Positions 8,053 to 17,436 of a stretch of 64,000 nucleotides of DNA are shown piece after piece. Each line of letters starts with the position of its first letter. Within the stretch, counting starts at the first letter, position 1. The position numbers and the translations under genes were made by a program. Where the stretch lies: positions 3,749 to 67,748 of the forward strand of contig CAZFIU010000005.1 in assembly GCA_964519455.1 (NCBI GenBank). Direction: 5' to 3'. The notes under the pieces were generated by a model, which did no database searches, was not told the origin of the DNA, and saw only the letters and a program-made list of their open reading frames with translations. This DNA is from an uncultured Syntrophobacterales bacterium. GTDB taxonomy: Bacteria > Desulfobacterota > Binatia > UBA9968 > JAJDTQ01.

Positions 8053-9036
8053 TCAAGCCGCCCCCAGCGCGGTCACTACGGCGATGACGCCGGCGACGGT
8101 GACGCCGGAGAAGATCGTGGTCCAGAAGACGATGTCGCCGGTGAGCTCGGCGTCGCCGTCGAGCTTGATGGTGAGGATCAGCGTGTTGACGGCGGTGGGG
8201 GCGGCGGCGCCGATGACGAGGTGGGCGCCGGGCCAGGGCCAGAGGCCGAAGGCGTAGGCCACGACGCCGATGAGCGCGGGCAAGGCCAGCAGTTTGACGA
8301 AGGCGATGGGCACGACCTCGCGCCATCGGCGCCAGCGGGCGCCTCTGGCGAGTTGGGCGCCCAGGGCGACGAGCATCATGGGCACCAGAGCGCCGGCCAG
8401 CGAGCGCAGGGGAAACGAGGCCCATACCGGCAGGAAGTCCGCCCCGTTGAACGACCTGAGACGGATCTCCCGAAGCACGAAGGAGGTCACGAGTGCGTAG
8501 GGTATGGGGAGCTTGAGGATACCCAGGGCCTCCCGCGCGCGCCCGCCCTTGGCCACCGCCAGCACCGCGTAGCCCAGGATCCATACCAGCAGGTTGCTGA
8601 GCATCACCACCAGCGCCTGCACGTGCAGGCCGGCTTCCGTGTCCGGCTGGCCCCGGAAAAGCGTGCCGCCCTCCACGTAGAGAAGGTGGGCCACGGGTAT
8701 GCCGAAGTTGCCGGCGTTGAACACGATGCTCCCGAGGATGGCGGCGGCGACGGTCTCGTTGGGGGCGTGGATGGCGCGGCAGCCCGCGAGCAGCAGAATC
8801 CCCAGGACGCCCAGCACGATCAGGAAGACCAGGGCGATGAGCAAGATCTCACCCCAGGGGATGTCGCTGTCGTAGATCTTCACCAGCAGGAACGACGGCA
8901 CCAGCAGGTACATGCTGATGCGGGCGAGGGTCTCCAGGCTCAGCGGCTGGTAGCGCTGGAGCAGCGTGCCGAAGCCCACCATGAGCAGTAGCGGCAGCAG
9001 GATGTTGTAGAGGATCTGGCCGGTGTGGTGCAGCAT
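8053..9036 (-). CDS. AEC (auxin efflux carrier) family membrane transporter
   Basis: The protein is 327 aa and polytopic. Its N-terminus ILYNILLPLLLMVGFGTLL and two-halves architecture are typical of the family. Confidence 0.7.
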   Translation of the reverse strand: MLHHTGQILYNILLPLLLMVGFGTLLQRYQPLSLETLARISMYLLVPSFLLVKIYDSDIPWGEILLIALVFLIVLGVLGILLLAGCRAIHAPNETVAAAILGSIVFNAGNFGIPVAHLLYVEGGTLFRGQPDTEAGLHVQALVVMLSNLLVWILGYAVLAVAKGGRAREALGILKLPIPYALVTSFVLREIRLRSFNGADFLPVWASFPLRSLAGALVPMMLVALGAQLARGARWRRWREVVPIAFVKLLALPALIGVVAYAFGLWPWPGAHLVIGAAAPTAVNTLILTIKLDGDAELTGDIVFWTTIFSGVTVAGVIAVVTALGAA

Positions 9037-9235
9037 GGTGTGGGAAAGGACGTGCTACCGGCCGGGTGTGCGGAGTCGCGATCTGGCCCGCGTGGTGGAA
9101 AGTCTCCCGTGCGACCGCGGCTTGCAGGCAGGAAGGCACCGGCGCTTCGAGGTTCCCGCCGGAGCGGGTCCCCGAAGCGCCGGGTAACGAACTACGTGAC
9201 GCAGGATACTGGGGGTTCGTCCGGGAAAGTGAGAT

Positions 9236-9286
9236 GTCCTTCGACTTCGCCTGTCCCGAGCTTGGCCAAGGGCTCGGAACGAACGG
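9236..9286. repeat. family-B intergenic repeat
   Basis: GTCCTTCGACTTCGC...GGCTCGGAACGAACGG. Related copies lie at 9860, 12381, 27578 and 55519. Confidence 0.7.
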
Positions 9287-9330
9287 CGATTCCCCGCGAA
9301 CTCCCTGAAGAACTGCTCACCGAACGGTGA

Positions 9331-9819
9331 CTACCCCGCGGATTCCGCGAAGAACTTGCCGGGCATCTCGATGGGCGGCAGCGTCTTGTTCTCCTCCGAG
9401 TCGGAAGGAATCTCTTTGCCGTCCGGGCCGAGGCGCGCGTCGTCGCCCCGAGGCGGCTTGGCGTCGATGCCGCAGCCGATGCGCAGCACCACGAGGTTGC
9501 CGTCGCCGGTGTTGAGGTAGCGGTAGTACGCGCCCTTGGGGATCATGATGCCCTGGTACTTGTCGATCTTCAGCTCGTTGCCCTTCTCGTCGAACACCGA
9601 CATCTGCCCTTCGAGCACGACGAACGAGTGGTCCTCGTCCAGGTGGCAGTGGACCGCGTTCTCGCCGCCCTCGGAGTTGATCTTGGTGTGTATCCACATG
9701 TTGTCGGTCTTGGCCACGAGCTGCGTGACCCGGCCCTGCTGCATGTAGGGGGTCTTCAGCGAATACCGGTAGGCCTTGGGCCTTTCCTCGACTTCTTGCT
9801 TCTCCGCGAGTGCTTCCAT
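9331..9819 (-). CDS. cupin domain protein
   Basis: ATG 9819 is preceded by AAAGGAGATCACC. MEALAEKQEV...GGENAVHCHLDEDHSFVVLEGQ...IPKGAYYRY fits the two cupin motifs. The 523-aa ORF in the track is an artefactual upstream extension of this gene. Confidence 0.8.
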   Translation of the reverse strand: MEALAEKQEVEERPKAYRYSLKTPYMQQGRVTQLVAKTDNMWIHTKINSEGGENAVHCHLDEDHSFVVLEGQMSVFDEKGNELKIDKYQGIMIPKGAYYRYLNTGDGNLVVLRIGCGIDAKPPRGDDARLGPDGKEIPSDSEENKTLPPIEMPGKFFAESAG

Positions 9820-9859
9820 GGTGATCTCCTTTCGAACGTTTCGTGTTCTTTGCGGGATG

Positions 9860-9916
9860 GCGCCCTTCGACTCCGCTTGTCCTGAGCCTGTCGAAGGGCT
9901 CGGGGTGAACGGCGCC
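9860..9916. repeat. family-B intergenic repeat
   Basis: GCGCCCTTCGACTCCGCTTGTCCTGAGCCTGTCGAAGGGCTCGGGGTGAACGGCGC is internally palindromic (CCCTTCGAC / GTCGAAGGG). Confidence 0.7.
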
Positions 9917-9938
9917 TTCTCAATCGATCGAAGTCCCC

Positions 9939-11000
9939 TCAGGCGTTGACGCCCCCCAGCTTGAGGTCGTACAGCCGCAGCACGTTCTCGCGCACGACCT
10001 TGCGGAAGATGTCCCTCGGCAAGTGCCCCAGTTCGTCGGCGATGACCTGGCGCGAGTGCGGCCAGGTGGACGCCGCGTGCGGGTAGTCGTTGGACCACAT
10101 GCAGGTCTCGCTGCCCCACCAGTCCAGCAGCCGTCCGCCCGTGGGGTCGCTGAAGAAGGTGGCGTAGAACTGCTCGTTGCAGTACTCGCTCGGGAGCTTC
10201 TTCATGTGCGGCAGCGGCGCGCGCGTGGCGTGGCGCTTGAAGTACTTGTCCCACTCGTGGAGGTAGAACGGCACCCACGAGATCTCGTTCTCCACGTAGA
10301 CGAACTTGAGGTCCGGGTAGTTGGACATGGGGCCGCCGAAGACAAGGTCGAACAACGTGTTGGCGGCGTCCGCCAGCTTCTGGTTGACGGTCATGCGGTA
10401 GATGTCCAGACCGTGCCGCTCGTAGCGGCTGTAGTTGAAGCCCGTCAGGATGTGCAGGTTGACGGGCATCCGGAGGTCCTGCGCCGCCTCCCAGAACGGG
10501 TTGTAGTGGTCGCTGGTGAAGGGAAGGTGGTCCGGCGGCACCTGCCAGATCAGGACGCCCACCAGCCCGGCCTTCTTGCAGCGCTCCATCTCCTTGATGG
10601 CGTTGTCGACGTTGTAGAGCGAGACCGACGGTACGCCGACGAGCTTGTCGGGGTGCACGTTGCAGTAGTCGATGAGCCAGTCGTTGGCGATTTCGAAGCA
10701 GGCCTCCTGGAGCTCCGCGTCCTCCAGGGCGAACAGGCGCAGCCCCAGGGTCGGGTACAGCACCTCGGCGGACACGCCGTCCACCGCCATCTCCTCGATC
10801 CGAGCCTTGGGATCGTAGCCGCCGGGCTTCTCGCCGATGGCGTTGCGGGGCGGGAACTCGGGATAGCGGCCCTTGAAGCTCTCCGGCAGGTTGTTCACCC
10901 ACAGGTCCGTGGGTTCCATGATGTGGGAGTCCGCCGATACGACGATCTCGGCGGCAAGCTCCTCCAGGGCACTCGTTGCGGTTGATTCACTTACGCTCAC
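9939..11000 (-). CDS. amidohydrolase_2 family metal-dependent hydrolase/decarboxylase
   Basis: It starts at GTG 11000, downstream of GAGGAGG. The N-terminal VVSADSHIMEP carries the HxH-type metal motif, and the protein is 353 aa. Confidence 0.8.
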   Translation of the reverse strand: MSVSESTATSALEELAAEIVVSADSHIMEPTDLWVNNLPESFKGRYPEFPPRNAIGEKPGGYDPKARIEEMAVDGVSAEVLYPTLGLRLFALEDAELQEACFEIANDWLIDYCNVHPDKLVGVPSVSLYNVDNAIKEMERCKKAGLVGVLIWQVPPDHLPFTSDHYNPFWEAAQDLRMPVNLHILTGFNYSRYERHGLDIYRMTVNQKLADAANTLFDLVFGGPMSNYPDLKFVYVENEISWVPFYLHEWDKYFKRHATRAPLPHMKKLPSEYCNEQFYATFFSDPTGGRLLDWWGSETCMWSNDYPHAASTWPHSRQVIADELGHLPRDIFRKVVRENVLRLYDLKLGGVNA

Positions 11001-11113
11001 TATAGATCCTCCTCTGGCTCCTCTTGTTCAGCTACTTCTTATTCCTTTTTGGGCAGTTTTGTCCACCGCAAACCATCAGGTCTCACGGCTCCACCGCCAC
11101 GGGCGCCCGGACC

Positions 11114-11301
11114 GTCATTCCCGCGGAAGCGGGAATCCAGGTGGGGTGGAGTGAGGAAACGCCGCGGTAGTGCCCCGCCACCGCCCCTGGATTCCCGCTT
11201 CCGCGGGAATGACGATTCGGGGTGTTGGTGCCGTTTCGTGGCTGAGCGGAGTTTTGCCACAGCCTGTTCCGCGGGAATGACGGAGATGACGGGGGAATGA
11301 C
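11114..11301. repeat. family-A composite repeat (inverted hairpin-core pair plus tail units)
   Basis: GTCATTCCCGCGGAAGCGGGAATCCAGG ... CCTGGATTCCCGCTTCCGCGGGAATGAC is followed by a ..GTTTTGCCACAGCCTGTTCCGCGGGAATGAC unit. Confidence 0.85.
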
Positions 11302-11418
11302 GCGAACAGCGCCGTGTACGGGGCGGTCGGTGCACTCCCCGGGCCAGTGTGTTATGAGAACTCCTGCAACGCAGCGGGTGTGGACCCGCCCCGCGAAATC
11401 AATCCCCGGAGGCAACCC

Positions 11419-12378
11419 ATGACGACCATGATCACCGGCGCGGGACTGGTGGGCTCCCAGATCGCGCGCATCCTCGTACAGCAGGGCGAGAAGCCCGTGC
11501 TGTTCGACATCGCTCCCAACCTCAACGCGCTGGCGGACGTGGTGGACGTGGGCAGCGTGTCCCTGTTCCGCGGCGACCTGCTGAATCCCTTCGACCTGGG
11601 CAAGGTCATCAACGAGCACGGCGTCACCCGCATCGTCCACACGGCGGCCTACCCCAACCTTGGCACCGGCGCCCAGGAGAACCCCTACGGCGCCATCCAG
11701 GTGAACATCATGGGCACCGCCAACGTGCTGGAGGCGGCCCGGCTCCACGGCGCCGAGCGCGTGGTCATGATCAGCACCGCGGCCGTGGCCCGGGGCGTGG
11801 CCGGCGGCGAGGACAACGGCGACCGCAGCAAGGAAGAGGCGTTGCCCCGGCCCAACTCGTTCTACTCCGCCACCAAGTGGGCGGGCGAGAACCTGGGCTA
11901 CAACTACGCGCGCTCCCACGGGGTCGACTTCCGCGCCGTGCGCTTCCCCAACGTGTGCGGCCCCTGGATCCCCGGCGGCGGCGGCCGCCCCAGCGCCATG
12001 TTCCGCACCCTTGTGGAGAAGTCGGTGGACGGCGTCGAGCACACCGTCCCGCCCGGCGTGATGGAATGGCTCTATTCCAAGGACGCCGCCCGCGGCGTGG
12101 TCCTGGCCCTCCAGACCGAGGGCGTCAAGAGCCGCGTCTTCAACCTGGGCGTCGGCAAGCCCTACGACAACCAGGAGCTCATCGACATCTTCAAGCAGGT
12201 GGTGCCCGGCGCCAGGCTCGGCATCGACGACAGCGCCGCCACCTCGCAGACCTCCTCGGTGTTCCTGGACATCACCCGCGCCCAGACCGAGCTGGGCTTC
12301 GACGCGGAGTACGACATCCCGGCGGCGGTTTCGGACTTCGTGGGGTGGTACAGGCGGCTCAAGGGGAAGGGGAACTAG
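11419..12378 (+). CDS. NAD-dependent epimerase/dehydratase family protein
   Basis: ATG 11419 follows CCGGAGG. The N-terminus is MTTMITGAGLVGSQIARIL (Rossmann GxGxxG). YSATK supplies the YxxxK motif. Confidence 0.8.
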   Translation: MTTMITGAGLVGSQIARILVQQGEKPVLFDIAPNLNALADVVDVGSVSLFRGDLLNPFDLGKVINEHGVTRIVHTAAYPNLGTGAQENPYGAIQVNIMGTANVLEAARLHGAERVVMISTAAVARGVAGGEDNGDRSKEEALPRPNSFYSATKWAGENLGYNYARSHGVDFRAVRFPNVCGPWIPGGGGRPSAMFRTLVEKSVDGVEHTVPPGVMEWLYSKDAARGVVLALQTEGVKSRVFNLGVGKPYDNQELIDIFKQVVPGARLGIDDSAATSQTSSVFLDITRAQTELGFDAEYDIPAAVSDFVGWYRRLKGKGN

Positions 12379-12380
12379 AC

Positions 12381-12445
12381 GGCGTCCTTCGACTTCGCGC
12401 CGCTGGCGCGGCGCTACGCTCAGGACGAACGGGAGACGAACGGGA
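12381..12445. repeat. family-B intergenic repeat
   Basis: GGCGTCCTTCGACTTCGCGCCGCTGGCGCGGCGCTACGCTCAGGACGAACGG. Confidence 0.7.
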
Positions 12446-12506
12446 GTGGTTGCTTCAACCGTAGAAGTGATCCCGACAAGATCCCCACAACTTTAAGGAC
12501 AACTCC

Positions 12507-13382
12507 ATGGCTGATACCACCGACTACGTCCCCCCCAAGGTCTGGAAGTGGGAACGCGAGAACGGCGGCCGGTTCGCCAACATCAACCGGCCCGTCTCCG
12601 GCGCCACGCATGAGAAGGAGCTGCCGCGCGGCAAGCACCCGCTCCAGCTCTACTCCCTGGGAACGCCCAACGGCGTGAAGGTGACCATCATGCTCGAGGA
12701 GTTGCTGGCGGCCGGGCACGGCGGCGCGGAGTACGACGCGTGGATCATCAACATCCGCGAGGGCGACCAGTTCGGCTCCGGGTTCGTGGCCATCAATCCC
12801 AACTCGAAGATCCCGGCGCTGGTGGACTACTCGATGCCCACGCCCACGCGGGTGTTCGAGTCGGGCTCCATCCTGCTCTACCTGGCTGACAAGTTCGGCG
12901 CCTTCGTCCCGGAGGACCCGTCGGAGCGCGCCGAGTGCCTGTCGTGGCTGTTCTGGCAGATGGGCTCCGCCCCCTACCTCGGCGGCGGCTTCGGCCATTT
13001 CTACGCCTACGCGCCCTACAAGATGGAGTACCCCATCGACCGCTTCACGATGGAGGTGAAACGGCAGCTCGACGTCCTCGACAAGCGGCTGGCCGAGAAC
13101 CGCTACGCGGCCGGCGACGTCTACACCATCGCCGACATGGCCATCTGGCCCTGGTACGGCGTGCTCACCACCGGCAGCCTCTACGGCGCCGCCGAGTTCC
13201 TGGACATCCGGACCTACACCCACGTCCTGCGCTGGTTCGATGAGATGGCGGCGCGCGACGCGGTGAAGCGCGGACGCATCGTCAACAAGACCAGCGGCCC
13301 GCTCGACCAGCAGCTTCGCGAGCGCCACGACGCCTCCGACTTCGAGCTGCGGACGCAGGACAAGGTCGAGGCGGCCGAGTAG
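12507..13382 (+). CDS. yghU: Nu-class glutathione S-transferase (YghU-like)
   Basis: It looks collinear with E. coli YghU as I remember it: PKVWKWERENGGRFANINRPVSGATHEKELPRGKHPLQLYSLGTPNGVKVTIMLEELL ... ERHDASDFE. Confidence 0.85.
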   Translation: MADTTDYVPPKVWKWERENGGRFANINRPVSGATHEKELPRGKHPLQLYSLGTPNGVKVTIMLEELLAAGHGGAEYDAWIINIREGDQFGSGFVAINPNSKIPALVDYSMPTPTRVFESGSILLYLADKFGAFVPEDPSERAECLSWLFWQMGSAPYLGGGFGHFYAYAPYKMEYPIDRFTMEVKRQLDVLDKRLAENRYAAGDVYTIADMAIWPWYGVLTTGSLYGAAEFLDIRTYTHVLRWFDEMAARDAVKRGRIVNKTSGPLDQQLRERHDASDFELRTQDKVEAAE

Positions 13383-13486
13383 CGCACCGGGGTCCGGCGA
13401 GTATTGCGATGGCGCGACGCCCAAGACCTGCTTCGTCGCGTGCTCGGGTCGGGTGAAGCCCCCTGGAACCCCCAGGTAAAGAGGAA

Positions 13487-14803
13487 ATGACGGGGGTCGC
13501 AGACTCCGGTGCCGGCGTGCATCGGGACTCCACCGTCACTTGGCGCCGGCTGTTCAGCGTGTTCTGGCGCATCGGGATACTGTCCTTCGGCGGCCCGGCG
13601 GCGCAGATCGCGCTCATGCACCGTGTCCTGGTGGAGGAGGAAGGGTGGCTCGACGAGGCGCGGTTCCTGGGCGCGCTCAGCTTCTGCATGCTGCTGCCCG
13701 GCCCCGAGGCCATGCAACTCGCCACCTACTCGGGGTGGCAGCTTCGCGGCGTGCCCGGCGGCTTGGTGGCGGGCCTCCTGTTCGTGGTCCCGGGCGCTCT
13801 GGTGGTGCTGGGGCTGGCAATGCTCTACGCTGCCGGAGGCCACTTGCCGGTGGTGGCCGCGCTGTTCCTGGGGATCAAGGGTGCGGTCCTGGTCATCGTC
13901 ATCGAGGCATTGCTGAGGGTGGCGAACAGAGCGCTGCATTCAGCCGTGCACTGGATCGTCGCGGGGCTGGCCTTCGTGGGGATCTTCTTCCTGTCGGTCC
14001 CGTTCCCCGTCATCATCCTGCTGTCCGCCCTGGCCGGCTTTTTCCTGTTGGGCGGCCGGGGCGCCGGACAAATCGGGTCCGCGCGGGGCGGCGCGCCGCT
14101 GTCCGGCACGGCGCGGACGGTGGCGTTGTGGATGGTCGTCTGGTGGGCGCCGGTGCTGCTGCTGGTGGCCGTGGGCGGCTACGACATCCTGGTGCAGCTC
14201 GGCAACTTCTTCTCCCGCCTCGCGGTGGTCACCTTCGGCGGCGCCTACGCGGTGCTGGCCTATCTGGCACAGGACGTGGTGACCCATCACGGCTGGCTGA
14301 CGGCCGGTGAAATGATGGACGGCCTGGGGCTGGCGGAGACCACCCCGGGACCGCTGATCCTGGTGACGGAGTTCGTCGGCTACATCGCCGCATACCGGGC
14401 GGGCGGGTTGAGCATGGGAATCGCCGGTGCGTTGGTCACGCTCTGGGTGACGTTCGCACCCTGCTTCCTGTGGATATTCGCCGGCGCGCCCTACATCGAG
14501 CAGCTCACCGCCCAGCCACGGCTCAAGGGCGCCCTGGAGGCAATCACGGCCGCGGTGGTGGGCGTCATCCTCAACCTCTCCATCTGGTTCGGCCTGCACG
14601 TCCTGTTCGCCGACCTGTCATCCCGGCAAAGCGGCCCGCTCAAGCTCCTGGTGCCGGACTGGTACTCCCTGGACTGGCGGGTCCTGGCGGTCGGCGCGGT
14701 AAGCGCGGCCATGCTCCTCTGGCGGCACCAGTCCCTTATGCGAACTCTGGCCGTCGCCGCGCTGATGGGCCTTGGGTTCGGCGCGATGGGTTGCCTTGGG
14801 TGA
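13487..14803 (+). CDS. chrA: chromate ion transporter (CHR family)
   Basis: The protein is a 438-aa duplicated membrane protein. FGGPAAQIALMHRVLVEEEGWLDEARFLGALSFCMLLPGPEAMQLATY is the family signature. Confidence 0.85.
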   Translation: MTGVADSGAGVHRDSTVTWRRLFSVFWRIGILSFGGPAAQIALMHRVLVEEEGWLDEARFLGALSFCMLLPGPEAMQLATYSGWQLRGVPGGLVAGLLFVVPGALVVLGLAMLYAAGGHLPVVAALFLGIKGAVLVIVIEALLRVANRALHSAVHWIVAGLAFVGIFFLSVPFPVIILLSALAGFFLLGGRGAGQIGSARGGAPLSGTARTVALWMVVWWAPVLLLVAVGGYDILVQLGNFFSRLAVVTFGGAYAVLAYLAQDVVTHHGWLTAGEMMDGLGLAETTPGPLILVTEFVGYIAAYRAGGLSMGIAGALVTLWVTFAPCFLWIFAGAPYIEQLTAQPRLKGALEAITAAVVGVILNLSIWFGLHVLFADLSSRQSGPLKLLVPDWYSLDWRVLAVGAVSAAMLLWRHQSLMRTLAVAALMGLGFGAMGCLG

Positions 14804-15166
14804 ATAGCGGGACAGACCGAGGCGCCCCGAAACCCCAAGGTTGAACGGTGCGAGGGGATCGCGGCACCTCAAAAGAAAGCGAAGACCAACCTTCAGCGCC
14901 GTCCCGCCTTGCCGCCGGCGATCTCGGGCGCGTCCGCGAGCAGTTCAAGTATTACCGGTTCGTCTCGTTCGGTACGCTTCTGCCAGCGCCACGAGACTTT
15001 CCGGCCGCTGTCATTCGTCGCCCGCTCAAACCCCATCCTGTGCAGATTCTCGTCAAGCGTGTGATACCCGGCGGTTGATCCTTGAGCTTCTTCCGATTTT
15101 GATCGGCACATATTCTCCAATGCAGAGATTGGAGAACTCCGTTGAATGGCAGGCTGTTGTTGACCC

Positions 15167-16198
15167 TCACAGGTCGTACAGCGCCCGCGCGTTCTCCCCG
15201 GTGATCTTGGCGGCGACCGCCGGCGTCAGCCGCGGATCGTTGGCGACGCCGTCCAGGGCGAGCAGCTCGGTGGCGCTGTCGGCGTGGCCGTAGTCGGTGC
15301 CGACCACCAGGTGGTCCTCGCCGGCGGTGTCGATGACGTAGGGGAGGTCGTCGTTGGTCTCGCAGCCGATCCAGATGCGGGTCTGCGCCAGCAGGTCCTT
15401 CTTGCTGAACTCCTTGCCGGTCATGTGGTAGCGCTTGTAGAGGTCGCTCAGGGCGTAGGGGAGCCACTGGGAACCCACCTCCAGGAACGCCATCTTGAGC
15501 TTCGGGAAACGCTCCGGGATCTTGTCCATGACGATGGTGTGGAACGCGCCCACCACCACCAGCTTGAACTTCGAGAAGCCCACGGTCTCGTACTTGTAGT
15601 AGTCGTACAGCACGGGGCTGCCGTTGGAGGAGTGGATGCAGACCGGGATGTCCAGCCTCTCGGCGGCGTCGTAGACGGGATGGAAGTAGGGATCGCTCAG
15701 CAGCCGCTCGCCTTCGGAGCCGCGCATGTAGATGCCCACCGCGCCGTTCTGCTTGGCCGCCCTGGCTTCGTCGTACACCTGGCCGGTGCTCAGGAGCGGC
15801 ACCACCGCCACCCAGCGCAGGCGGTTGTCGGACTGTTTCCAGCATTCCCCCATCCAGCGGTTGTAGCTGCGGCACAGCGCCAGCTCGATCTCGGGCCGTG
15901 GCGTGAGGGGGATGATGAAGATGGTGGGGAAGATGACCTGGATGTCCACCTTCAACTCGTCCATGTGCTTGAGCCGCACTGCCACGTCCCGCAGTTCGCG
16001 GGATTCCGGCGGGGTGTCCTTGCCGACGTTCCGGGACTTGAGCCGCAGGGTGCCGTCCACCAGCCAGTACTCGTCGATTTCGCCGGCGCCGTTGAGGGAG
16101 CCGACGACGTCGGGGCGGTACTTGCGGTCGGCGCCGTCCATGAATTCCCAGGTTTCCTCGGTTTCGAGAACGTGTGCGTCGGCGTCGACTCTGAGCAT
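15167..16198 (-). CDS. amidohydrolase_2 family protein (tandem paralogue 1)
   Basis: The likely start is ATG 16198, giving MLRVDADAHVLETEETWEF. The sequence is highly similar throughout to 16316..17347. Confidence 0.8.
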   Translation of the reverse strand: MLRVDADAHVLETEETWEFMDGADRKYRPDVVGSLNGAGEIDEYWLVDGTLRLKSRNVGKDTPPESRELRDVAVRLKHMDELKVDIQVIFPTIFIIPLTPRPEIELALCRSYNRWMGECWKQSDNRLRWVAVVPLLSTGQVYDEARAAKQNGAVGIYMRGSEGERLLSDPYFHPVYDAAERLDIPVCIHSSNGSPVLYDYYKYETVGFSKFKLVVVGAFHTIVMDKIPERFPKLKMAFLEVGSQWLPYALSDLYKRYHMTGKEFSKKDLLAQTRIWIGCETNDDLPYVIDTAGEDHLVVGTDYGHADSATELLALDGVANDPRLTPAVAAKITGENARALYDL

Positions 16199-16315
16199 TT
16201 TCGTTCCTTTTCGCCTTGAAGGACTCACACCGATGGGGTTTGCAGCCCGGTTCCGGGAGGACCGAAGCCCAAGACCGCTAACTCATGAGTGCGGACGAAA
16301 CGGGGAGCAGGTCAC

Positions 16316-17347
16316 TCACAGGTTGTACAGCGCGCGAGCGTTCCCTCCGACGATCTTGGCCGCGACCTCCGGGCTCAGGCGCGGGTCGTTGGCGACGCCG
16401 TCGATGGCCAGCAGCTCGGTGGCGCTGTCGGCGTGGCCGTAGTCGGTGCCCACCACCAGGTGGTCCTCCCCGGCGTTCTCGATGACGTAGGGAAGATCGT
16501 CGGTGGTCTCGCAGCCGACCCAGATCCGGTTCCTTGCCAGCAGTTCGTTGCGGTTGAGCCCCTGCTCCTTTATGTACGGGCGTTTCTGCAGGTCGGTCAG
16601 CGCGTAGGGCAGCCACTGTGCGCTGACCTCGAGGAACCCCATCTTGAGTTTCGGGAATCGCTCGGGGATGCCGCCCGCCACGATGGTGTGGAACGCTCCC
16701 ACCACCACCAGCTTGAACTTCGAGAAGGCCACGGGCTCGTACTTGTAGTAGTCGAACAGCACGGAGCTGCCGTTGGAGGCGTGGATGCACACGGGGACGT
16801 CCAGTCTCTCGGCGGCGTCGTACACCGGGTAGAAGAAGGGGTCGTTCAGCAGCCGTTCACCCTCGGAGCCGCGCATGTAGATGCCCACCGCGCCGTTCTC
16901 CCTGGCCAGCCGGGCTTCCTCGTACACCTGCTCCGGGCTCAGCAGCGGCACCACCGCCACCCAGCGCAGGCGGTTGTCGGACTGTTTCCAGCATTCTCCC
17001 ATCCAGCGGTTGTAGCTGCGGCACAGCGCCAGCTCGATCTCGGGCCGTGGCGTCAGCGGGATGATGAAGATGGTGGGGAAGATGACCTGGATGTCCACCT
17101 TGAGCTCGTCCATGTGCCTGAGGCGGGCGGCCACGTCGCGCAGTTCCCGGGACTCCAGCGGCGTGTCCTTGCCCACGTTGCGGGTCTTGAGGCGCAGGGT
17201 GCCGTCCACCAGCCAGTACTGGTCTCCGGACCCGGAGCCGTTGGGGGAGCCCACGACCTCGGGCCGGTACTTGCGGTCGGCGCCGTCCATGAACTCCCAG
17301 GTCTCCTCGGTTTCGAGAACGTGTGCGTCGGCATCGATTCTGAGCAT
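16316..17347 (-). CDS. amidohydrolase_2 family protein (tandem paralogue 2)
   Basis: ATG 17347 follows GCGGAGGAAACCGAA and gives MLRIDADAHVLETEETWEF. The 657-aa ORF in the track is an upstream out-of-context extension. Confidence 0.8.
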   Translation of the reverse strand: MLRIDADAHVLETEETWEFMDGADRKYRPEVVGSPNGSGSGDQYWLVDGTLRLKTRNVGKDTPLESRELRDVAARLRHMDELKVDIQVIFPTIFIIPLTPRPEIELALCRSYNRWMGECWKQSDNRLRWVAVVPLLSPEQVYEEARLARENGAVGIYMRGSEGERLLNDPFFYPVYDAAERLDVPVCIHASNGSSVLFDYYKYEPVAFSKFKLVVVGAFHTIVAGGIPERFPKLKMGFLEVSAQWLPYALTDLQKRPYIKEQGLNRNELLARNRIWVGCETTDDLPYVIENAGEDHLVVGTDYGHADSATELLAIDGVANDPRLSPEVAAKIVGGNARALYNL

Positions 17348-17436
17348 TTCGGTTTCCTCCGCTAAAGGATTGGGTGGACAGAGGCCGCGATCCTCGGCCT
17401 GATATCCGTGTCCTGTATCCGAAGTCCGGAAACGAA

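Noticed and set aside
9331-10902. A 523-aa minus-strand ORF spanning the cupin gene and most of the amidohydrolase gene.
   Set aside because: Only the last 162 codons (from ATG 9819, with a good SD) look like a real protein, the cupin. The upstream part overlaps the amidohydrolase gene out of frame and is low in complexity.
14804-15166. A lower-GC patch with a 75-aa minus ORF (14893..15120: ..GYHTLDENLHRMGFERATNDSGRKVSWRWQKRTERDEPVILELL..). It could be a toxin, antitoxin or mobile-element remnant.
   Set aside because: It has no recognisable motif, no SD and no partner ORF. It is too short to call. It may be a decayed gene fragment, so it is left unannotated.
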